Of a DNA stretch of 10,823 nt, positions 1-6,815 are shown piece after piece (the first letter of the stretch is position 1; the number at the start of each line of letters is the position of its first letter). The stretch comes from an uncultured Chloroflexia bacterium (lineage in GTDB: Bacteria; Chloroflexota; Dehalococcoidia; DSTF01; JALHUB01), in NCBI GenBank assembly GCA_963726245.1, contig CAVSBT010000008.1, positions 1-10,823 on the forward strand. Direction: 5' to 3'. The notes under the pieces are model-generated. The model had not been told where the DNA came from. It did no database searches and saw only the letters and a list, made by a program, of their open reading frames with translations. Both the position numbers and the translations under genes were made by a program.

Positions 1-99
1 CTAGCGGCGAGCATCCGGTTAAGGAGTCGGGCCTGGCTCTTCATCTCTCCGGAAGGGCGGACCCATTCTCCGGACAATGCCCAATGTTCCCAGGTCGGG

Positions 100-490
100 A
101 TCGCCGCCACGTCGTGACGCAACCAGCCGCATTACCTCCTCCGGGACCGTGACTACCGTGCCGCCCTCATCCCGCGCGCCGCCAGGGTCGGCATCCAGAC
201 CATCCTGACGCCGGTGCAGGCACCGAGGGCCAACGCTATCGCCGAGCGTCTCGTCGGAACGTTGCGACGGGAGTGTCTGGACCACCTGATCATTATCGAC
301 GAGCGGCACCTCCGGCTCATTCTGATGGAGTACGCGGCGTACTACAACGCAGCGCGGCCACACCGCGCGCTCGACCTCCAGCCGCCCAACGGAGCGCTTG
401 TCCAGGCCGCACCGCCAAACGCTGGCCGGCTCAGGGCACGGCCCGTACTGGGTGGCCTGCATCACGAATATGAGTGGATGGCCGCGTCAA
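100..490 (+). pseudogene. Integrase core domain (rve/rve_3, DDE) transposase remnant, 5'-truncated
   Basis: Frame 1 reads IAATS*RNQPHYLLRDRD...GIQTILTPVQAPRANAIAERLVGTLRRECLDH...YYNAARPHRAL...RPVLGGLHHEYEWMAA. This is the typical C-terminal half of these transposases. The in-frame TGA at 115-117 sits where the family usually has Trp (ATPW). The expected stop after MAA reads TCA (487-489), so the ORF runs on to 591. Confidence 0.88.
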
Positions 491-495
491 CCCGT

Positions 496-519
496 CGGAT
501 GCTATTCTTGGGCCCCACA
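496..519 (+). mobile_element. Right terminal end (IR) of the IS remnant, ending CCCCACA
   Basis: CGGATGCTATTCTTGGGCCCCACA directly follows the transposase C-terminus and ends in ACA. Bases 498-521 match 1614-1637 at 21 of 24 positions. Confidence 0.72.
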
Positions 520-568
520 GGAGGCGGCAGTGGCGCTGAGCGCTATGCCCTAGTGACGGGAAAGTCTA

Positions 569-1441
569 TTGGCACCTCCAGGGGCGCGTGACCTCTTCGT
601 CGAAGCGAACGGCCTCCGCCTCCATCTGCTCGACTGGGGCGGCGATGGTCAGCCCATCCTCCTTGTCCACGCCACGGGCTTCCTTGCCGCGCTCTGGCAC
701 CCGGTCGCTGTCTCGCTGTCGACCAGGGCGCGCGTCCTCGGCCTTGACCTCCGCGGCCACGGCGACAGCGAGCCCGGCGATAGCTACTACTGGAGCCACT
801 TTCCCGACGACGTCGGCGGCGTGCTCTCCGCGCTCGACCTCGGTCTGGCTGTCATCGTGGGCCATTCGGTGGGCGGAGCGGCGGCGGCGCTCTGCGCGGC
901 CCGCTATCCGTATCTGGTGAATGGGCTCGTGCTGGTTGACCCCGTCATCTACCCGGAGTGGCTCTACGACCGCCCGCAGTTGGCAGAGGCGAGCGACCTC
1001 TATCGCAGCGCGGGCCGGCGTCGGCGAACGTGGCCATCGCGAGAGGAGATGCGCCGGTCTCTGGAGGGGAAGCTACCTTTTGTCCGATGGCGGCCGGAGG
1101 TGTTCGAACTGTACGTGCAGGAAGCCGTCCGCGCCAGCAGCGACGGGCAGGTGACGCTGAAGTGCAGCCCCGAGACAGAGGCCGCCATCTACCGTGAGAC
1201 CCTGCGGTTCAACCTCTGGCCGGAGATCGTTATGGCGCGCGTGCCGGCGCTCGTCCTGCGGGGCCTCGCCGAGGAAGGGGTCCCATCCACCACGGCGCCG
1301 GACCTGGCGGAACTGCTTCCCCTAGCCGAGGACCGGCCGGTGGCAAGCGCGAGCCACCTCATCCCCATGGAAGCGCCGGACGAGGTCACCAGGGCCGTCC
1401 AGGCGATGCTGGAGCGGCTCGCGACCGCGGAACGTGGCTAA
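569..1441 (+). CDS. Alpha/beta-fold hydrolase (Abhydrolase_1/6 type)
   Basis: 290-aa ORF with LLVHATGF oxyanion region, DLRGHGDS, nucleophile elbow GHSVG and C-terminal SHLIPME catalytic His. The TTG start is uncertain because there is no strong SD. Confidence 0.92.
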   Translation: MAPPGARDLFVEANGLRLHLLDWGGDGQPILLVHATGFLAALWHPVAVSLSTRARVLGLDLRGHGDSEPGDSYYWSHFPDDVGGVLSALDLGLAVIVGHSVGGAAAALCAARYPYLVNGLVLVDPVIYPEWLYDRPQLAEASDLYRSAGRRRRTWPSREEMRRSLEGKLPFVRWRPEVFELYVQEAVRASSDGQVTLKCSPETEAAIYRETLRFNLWPEIVMARVPALVLRGLAEEGVPSTTAPDLAELLPLAEDRPVASASHLIPMEAPDEVTRAVQAMLERLATAERG

Positions 1442-1481
1442 CGTGATCGAGCAGCGGTAACGCTGAACGCTTTGCCCCGGC

Positions 1482-1635
1482 TGTGGGGAGGCAATACTCC
1501 ATACGTATCTGGAAGACTCCCCAACCCTCTGCCTCCGAGATATGTGCTCTACACGATGGGGCAACCCAATGCCACAATTACGACTGGGTGGCTGCTTGAC
1601 GTGCGCAGGCACCGATGAGATTCTTGGGTCCCACA
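1482..1635 (+). mobile_element. 154-bp MITE-like, internally deleted derivative of the same IS family
   Basis: Begins TGTGGGGAGGCAATACTCCAT and ends ATGAGATTCTTGGGTCCCACA, an imperfect inverted repeat with TGT...ACA ends. 1573-1599 encodes HNYDWVAA*, homologous to the transposase C-terminus HEYEWMAA. GGC flanks both ends (1479-1481 and 1636-1638). Confidence 0.68.
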
Positions 1636-1859
1636 GGCTGGCGCTGACTCTGTCGACCGGGGCCGCCGCAGTGTAGGCAGTGAACACTCTGAGACCCGGA
1701 GGTCGTCCTTGTGCGCTTGGATCAACTTCTCGAGTTCGATAGCTCCAGCCCGTTGATCAGCAGAGATTGATCCGGTGTTGCGACGTTGTCCCCCAATAAC
1801 GAGCCGGGATCGCGGTCAGGTCGGCGAAGCCGTCTTGAGCTGTGAACCCCGAGCCCGTC

Positions 1860-3044
1860 TTAGCCCCGCGGCAAGCCCAACCCGCGCATGGCGATGATGT
1901 TCTTCTGGATCTCAGATGCGCCACCACCGACCAGCATGGCGATAGCGTAAAGGTACGACTTCTCAAAGCGCCCCATGAAGCGAGCCCACTTGGAGTCCCG
2001 ATGGAGCTGTCCGAACAAGCCCAGAATCTGCATGCCCGCGTCGGCCACCCGAACGTCCAACTCCGTGTTGTAGAGTTTGCATACCGCTGCCTCGATACTG
2101 CCGGGCTCGTGCCGCGCTTGGAGAGACACCACTCGATAGACCAGATACTTGCCCACCTCTGCCTCGATGGCCAGCTCGGCCAGCCTGTGAGCTACCTGCT
2201 GGTTGTCCAGCAAGCTTCTGCCGTTGACCTTCGTTTCCTTGCAGTAACTAACAAGGTCATCCAGGCTGCGCTTGGCCATGGAGACGGCCGTGGCCACAAG
2301 GCTAGAGCGCTCAAGGTCCAGGGTCATCGCGGCAATATACCAGCCCTGGTTCTCCTGGCCCAATAGGGCACTACCGGGGACACGCACGTCCTCGAAGTAC
2401 ACCTGATTGAAACTGTGCACACCCGCCATGTTGACGATCGGCTGAACGGTTATTCCCGGTTCCTTCATGTCCACAAGGAAGAAGCTGATGCCCTTGTGCT
2501 TGCGTGCCGCCGGGTCAGTGCGGGCCAGGAGGATGCACCAGTCGGAGCGGTGCGCGTTGCTGGTCCAGATCTTGCTCCCGTTGATGACGTAATCGTCGCC
2601 GTCCCTCACAGCGCGCGTGCTAAGCGAAGCCAGGTCGGAGCCCGCCTCCGGCTCGGAGAAGCCCTGGCACCACACAGTCTCGCCGGCGCTAATCGGCGGC
2701 AGATGCTGTCTCTTTTGCTCCTCAGTGCCAAAGAAGAGGATAGCGGGCCCAATGTAGCCCACGGCCTGTACAATGGAGCCGATGGGCGCGCGATGATAGC
2801 CCATCTCCTCGTTGTAGACCAGTTGCAGGGCCGGCGAAGCTTCCATTCCGCCGTACTCTCTCGGCCAGGCCGGTGCCATCCAGCCCTTCGCGGCCAGTTT
2901 ACCGATGAAGGCCCGGCCCACCTTCCAGGCTTCTTCATCTTCCTCCAGGAAGACGCCCTCCCAATCGGGCGGGACATTCTCCTGAAGCCAGCACCGCAAC
3001 TCCTGGCGAAACGCCTCATCTTCGGGACCGAAACGAAAGTCCAC
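1860..3044 (-). CDS. Acyl-CoA dehydrogenase (FadE26/FadE29, ChsE-like subgroup)
   Basis: 394 aa with WCQGFSEPEAGSDLASL, INGSKIWTS, FNQVYFEDVRVP, LDLERS and GGGASEIQKNIIA. GTG start with SD GAGGAG (minus strand, 3053-3058). Confidence 0.95.
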   Translation of the reverse strand: MDFRFGPEDEAFRQELRCWLQENVPPDWEGVFLEEDEEAWKVGRAFIGKLAAKGWMAPAWPREYGGMEASPALQLVYNEEMGYHRAPIGSIVQAVGYIGPAILFFGTEEQKRQHLPPISAGETVWCQGFSEPEAGSDLASLSTRAVRDGDDYVINGSKIWTSNAHRSDWCILLARTDPAARKHKGISFFLVDMKEPGITVQPIVNMAGVHSFNQVYFEDVRVPGSALLGQENQGWYIAAMTLDLERSSLVATAVSMAKRSLDDLVSYCKETKVNGRSLLDNQQVAHRLAELAIEAEVGKYLVYRVVSLQARHEPGSIEAAVCKLYNTELDVRVADAGMQILGLFGQLHRDSKWARFMGRFEKSYLYAIAMLVGGGASEIQKNIIAMRGLGLPRG

Positions 3045-3184
3045 GTTGGGTTCTCCTCAGCCTCGCGGCAGGCCCAGTCGAGTCGCGACGGTGATCGCCT
3101 AAAACCCGAAGCCGCTGCCTGCCGCCGCTCAACTATGGCCGAATTCAGGTAGGCACCAGTGCGGCCGCTACGCGCAGCGACAGC

Positions 3185-3214
3185 ATTCTACCCCGTTTGG
3201 GGAGCGGATGGTAA
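3185..3214 (-). promoter_or_regulatory. Possible sigma70-type promoter for the acyl-CoA dehydrogenase
   Basis: Minus-strand TAGAAT (3185-3190) with a weak -35 TTACCA (3209-3214) and an 18-bp spacer. Confidence 0.3.
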
Positions 3215-3266
3215 GGGCGCGGACATGGTCTTGGCCGGTCTGCCTGGGTCTCGACGGTGGCGGAAC

Positions 3267-3296
3267 TTGACCGGAAATACGAATAGGTGGCAACTT
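3267..3296 (+). promoter_or_regulatory. Possible promoter for the LMW phosphatase
   Basis: TTGACC (3267-3272), 18-bp spacer, then TG-N-CAACTT as a weak extended -10 (3288-3296). Confidence 0.3.
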
Positions 3297-3305
3297 AGAG
3301 AACGC

Positions 3306-3785
3306 ATGAAGTACCAGCACCCAACACGCCCCAAGAGAATGATTCTGTTTGTTTGCACGGGGAACACCTGCCGAAGCCCGATGGCGGAGGCCCTTTTCAA
3401 CAAAACCGCTTCTGCTCATCTATCAGATATCAGAGCAGAGTCCGCGGGACTCAATGCCAGCCATGGCCTACCCGCGACAGATAACGCCTGCGCAGCGATG
3501 CGGAAGTTGGGCCTTGATATTGGCTCCCATCGCAGCCGCCGGCTGACCAAGGACCTCATCGATCGGGCTGATCTCGTCTTCGCCATGTCTACGGTCCATC
3601 GAGGACGGATTGCGGGTTCCTTCCCCCAAACGCAAGGCAAGCTCTTCGTGCTGGACGATGTCGAGGACCCTTTCGGTGACACGCCGGAGGCATACAATCG
3701 CTGCGCCGAGCAGCTTTCAAGCTTGGTAGCGGCCCTCTACGCTCGCGTGACCCGTGGCGATGAGATAGAGGAGGCGGGGACTTAG
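3306..3785 (+). CDS. Low-molecular-weight protein phosphatase, YwlE-like protein-arginine phosphatase
   Basis: P-loop ILFVCTGNTCRSPMAE, SAG, HRSRRL and general-acid DPFG. Start is likely ATG 3306 or ATG 3339 rather than the ORF-track start at 3159. Confidence 0.9.
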   Translation: MKYQHPTRPKRMILFVCTGNTCRSPMAEALFNKTASAHLSDIRAESAGLNASHGLPATDNACAAMRKLGLDIGSHRSRRLTKDLIDRADLVFAMSTVHRGRIAGSFPQTQGKLFVLDDVEDPFGDTPEAYNRCAEQLSSLVAALYARVTRGDEIEEAGT

Positions 3786-3798
3786 CCCCGTTTCTCTC
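3770..3798 (+). terminator. Possible intrinsic terminator hairpin over the phosphatase stop codon
   Basis: GAGGCGGGG-acttag-CCCCGTTTC stem including G:U pairs. The core stem CGGGG/CCCCG is followed by TTTCTCT. Confidence 0.4.
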
Positions 3799-3860
3799 CG
3801 CCTGCCGCTCCTCCCCCCACCTGAGTCATCAACTTCACAAAAGGAGCGGCCCGATCAGGC

Positions 3861-3890
3861 TTGACGCCCCTTGGTGGAGGTTGCTAGACT
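3861..3890 (+). promoter_or_regulatory. Sigma70-type promoter of the thiolase-fold operon
   Basis: TTGACG (3861-3866), 18-bp spacer, extended -10 TG-C-TAGACT (3882-3890), about 65 bp upstream of GTG 3956. Confidence 0.6.
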
Positions 3891-3955
3891 CATGCCACTG
3901 TTTGCAGCAAGGTTATGCCCCTGGCACCCATTGGCGCGATGCGCAGAGGGAACGC

Positions 3956-5105
3956 GTGAGCAGCAGAGTATGCATCGTCGGCGTCGGCCAGACTCATCAC
4001 CGCGGCCCCGGTGGTGACCTCGCCTACTATGAGATCGCTTTCGAGGCGGCAAGGGCCGCCCTGCAGGACACGGGCCTGACGCGGGGCGACATCGACACGG
4101 TACTGGCCTCAGGCTGGGATGTTCTCGATGGGCGCACCATCTCCGACATGTACCTCGTCCCGGCCGCCGGCGGCTACCTTAAGGACTCCGCCAAGGTTGC
4201 AGACGACGGCATTCTTGCCTTCGCCTACGCCTACATGCGTATCGCCAGTGGGGCCTTCGACACCGCTCTGGTGATGGGTCACGGGCACGCTGAAGGGCCC
4301 ACAGAGCTGGTGAGCAACGTGACCATGGACCCCTTCTTCTATCGCCCTCTGGGCATTAGCGCGACGTCAGCACTCGCTCTCGAGGCCTGCTCCTACGCGG
4401 CTCGCTACGGCGTAAGCGAGGGCCAGGCAGCCGCAGTAGCCGAGAAGAACCGCCGCCAGGGAGTCAACAACCCATACGCCCATCTGAGGAGCGCAATCAC
4501 TCGCGACGAGGTGCTGGCTTCAAAGATGGTCGCCTGGCCCACTACACGAGCTTGACTGCCGGCCGGAGTCGGTGGGAGCGGTAGCCCTGGTCATGTGCTC
4601 TGAGGATAGGGCCAAACGCATCGCCTCTCGCTGGGCCACCGTCGAGGGCATTGGCTGGGCTACAAGTTCGTACTACATCGGAGCCACCAATCTGTGGCGG
4701 CTGGACGCCCTGGCCAACGCCGCTCAGCAGGCTTACGTCATGGCCGGCATCGACGACCCGCTGGCTGAGCTGGACGTGGCCGAGGTGCACGACGTGACCT
4801 CCTACCACGAGCTCATGGCGTACGAGGGAATGGGATGGGCGCAGGAAGGCAGCGGCGGCCGGTTGCTAGAGGAGGGGGTGACGTCGATGGAAGGCCGTCT
4901 GCCCGTCAACCCTTCTGGGGGCGCGCTGAGCACCAACATAGGAGCGGGAACCGGCCTCCTGCGGGTGGCTGAGGCGGCGCTCCAGGTAACGGAGCGAGCG
5001 GACGGGCGGCAGGTCGAGGCGCGGACCGCCCTGGCTCACGGCATGAGCGGGCTGGCGGGGTCGATCGGCCAAACGCACGGCGTAGTGATCCTGAGGGGGA
5101 GGTAG
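3956..5105 (+). CDS. Ltp4-like thiolase-fold (SCP2-thiolase family) protein, split by a +1 base at about 4538-4540
   Basis: GTG 3956 with SD GAGGG. N-half VCIVGVGQT...DVLDGRTIS...KVADDG...NNPYAHLR; C-half DVAEVHD...LPVNPSGGALSTN. Removing one C at 4538-4540 gives AWPLHELDCRPESVGAVA and a 382-aa protein. The canonical thiolase Cys and GHP motif are absent. Confidence 0.85.
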
Positions 5106-5108
5106 GCG

Positions 5109-6282
5109 ATGCCCCGGCGCGTGGCCATCGTCGGCGTGGGCCTGACCCGCTGCTCTAGCTGGCGGAAAGACGTCGCATACCCCGAGTTGGTGTACGAGGC
5201 CACAAGCGCCGCCCTCCAGGACGCCGGCATCACCCCCAACGATGTGAACGCCGTGGTGTACGGCTGCATGGATCCGTTCGACGGCGTGAACGCGCCGGAG
5301 AAGTGGAACGTCGACGCGTGCGCCGCCGCCGGCGTGCTCGGCAAGCCGTATCTCAAGATCAGCACAGGCGGGACGACCGGGGGCTCGACCGCTTTGGCCG
5401 CTTATTATCACGTGGCCTCCGGTCTGCACGATGTCGTGCTCGCCGTAGCCTCGCAGCGGGTAGGAGAGACGCTGGAGGCGCAGCTCGTCCTCAACACCGC
5501 CGTCGACCCCGTCTATGAACGGGGCTTCGGGATGGGCGCCATCACCATCGCCGCCATCCAGGCTTGCAGCCACATGCATGCCTATGACACTACCGAGGAG
5601 GACCTGGCGCTGATCTCGGTCAGGAACCACGAGAACGCCCTCAACAATCCCTACGCCCACCTACGCATCAAGTTCGGCGTGAAGGATGCTCTGGGCTCAC
5701 CCATGCTCTCCTGGCCTCTGCGCCTCTCCGACTGCTGTCCGTCGTCCGATGGGGCCTGCGCTATCATCCTTGCTTCCGAGGAGAAGGCCCGCAAGCTCGC
5801 CCGGCAACCGGCCTGGATTACGGGCGCCGGCCAGATCACTGACAACTACTTCGCCGGTGACCGTTTCTGGTACGAGGACTGGGACAGTCTGGCCATGCTG
5901 GCCCGTCGCGTCTACCGCCTGGCCAAGATCGACAACCCCATCCGTGAGCTTCGACGTGGCCGAGCTGTACAACGCGTTCACCATCCAAGAGATCCTGGAG
6001 TATGAGGCCCTGGGCTTCTGCGAGCCGGGAAAGGGCGCCGAGATGGTGCGACACGGGGTAACCGCCATGGATGGGCAGTTGCCGGTAGACCCCTCGGGCG
6101 GAGTGCTGTGCACCAATGCTATCGGCGCCTCCGGTCTCATTCGGGTGGCCGAGGCGGCCCTCCAGGTGATGGGCAAGGCCGGCCAGCGACAGGTGCCCAA
6201 CGTCAAGAAAGCCCTGGCCCACGCCTGGGGCGCTACCATCGGCTTCCACACTCTCATGGTCCTAGACCGGGAGGCTCCCTAG
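5109..6282 (+). CDS. Ltp3-like thiolase-fold (SCP2-thiolase family) protein, split by a +1 base at about 5949-5952
   Basis: SD GGAGGT. Motifs VAIVGVG, DPFDGVNAPE, GKPYLKISTGGTTGGST, NNPYAHLR, DCCPSSDGACA, then in the shifted frame DVAELYNAFT and VDPSGGVLCTNAIGASG. Removing one base restores RE(L/F)DVAELY and a 390-aa protein. Confidence 0.88.
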
Positions 6283-6301
6283 GCCTTCGGAGGATGCTGT
6301 C

Positions 6302-6805
6302 ATGACCTCCCAGCAAGAAGAACCCCTAATCATCGACGGCAGGTGGGACATCCCCTACCGGCACACCGCCGGCCGCGCTGCAACTCGCTTCTTTCGCGAA
6401 CTGAAGGAGAATAAGCGCATCGTGGGTGTGCGCTGCCCGAGCTGCCAGCGCGTTCTGGTGCCGCCCAGAGGTTTCTGCGAGCGGTGCTTCGTACCGCTCG
6501 ATGAGTTCGTGGGGGTGGAGGACAAAGGCACTCTGACCACCTTCACTATCGTCTATGCTCATTTCACGAGCCTGCCCCCTCCCCCGTATTGCGTCGGGAT
6601 CATCAAGCTCGACGGTGCAGACACCGGCCTGATTCATTACATCGGCGGCGTGGACTTGCAGGACATGGAGGCAGCCAAGAAGGCGATAAGCGTGGGGATG
6701 CGCCTGCAGGCTATTTGGCGCGATGAACGCGAGGGCAAGATCACCGACATCGGGTATTTCCAGGCCAGCATAGGGCGCCAGCCGATTCCGGGGTGGACGA
6801 AGTGA
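6302..6805 (+). CDS. Zn-ribbon/OB-fold protein (DUF35, ChsH2-C-like), acyl-CoA-binding partner of thiolase-fold proteins
   Basis: RCPSC...PPRGFCERC rubredoxin-like ribbon, GTLTTFTIV, PYCVGIIKLDGAD and VGMRLQAIW. SD GGAGG. The true stop is probably TAG 6771-6773 if the extra base near 6760-6764 is removed. Confidence 0.9.
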   Translation: MTSQQEEPLIIDGRWDIPYRHTAGRAATRFFRELKENKRIVGVRCPSCQRVLVPPRGFCERCFVPLDEFVGVEDKGTLTTFTIVYAHFTSLPPPPYCVGIIKLDGADTGLIHYIGGVDLQDMEAAKKAISVGMRLQAIWRDEREGKITDIGYFQASIGRQPIPGWTK

Positions 6806-6815
6806 GGCCCCGACC

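Noticed and set aside
19-465. 148-aa minus-strand ORF
   Set aside because: It is the antisense shadow of the transposase remnant and has no independent motifs.
490-591. Transposase ORF extension overlapping the hydrolase start, suggesting a fusion or coupling
   Set aside because: It is explained by loss of the stop codon, and it reads through the IS end in a different frame from the hydrolase.
498-1637. 24-bp direct repeat pair as a CRISPR array or integron att sites
   Set aside because: There are only two copies about 1.1 kb apart, each following a transposase C-terminus, so they are IS ends.
1648-1859. Unexplained 210 bp between the MITE and the ACAD stop, with short minus-strand open stretches
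   Set aside because: No recognisable protein motif, start signal or RNA structure. A BLASTX search would be needed.
1842-3152. Plus-strand ORFs of 174 aa and 245 aa
   Set aside because: They are antisense shadows of the acyl-CoA dehydrogenase in GC-rich DNA.
3159-3305. N-terminal extension of the phosphatase in the ORF track
   Set aside because: The domain begins near MILFVC, and the extension overlaps candidate divergent promoters.
3881-3955. ORF-track TTG start for the first thiolase-fold gene
   Set aside because: It overlaps the -10 box. GTG 3956 has an SD and matches the family N-terminus.
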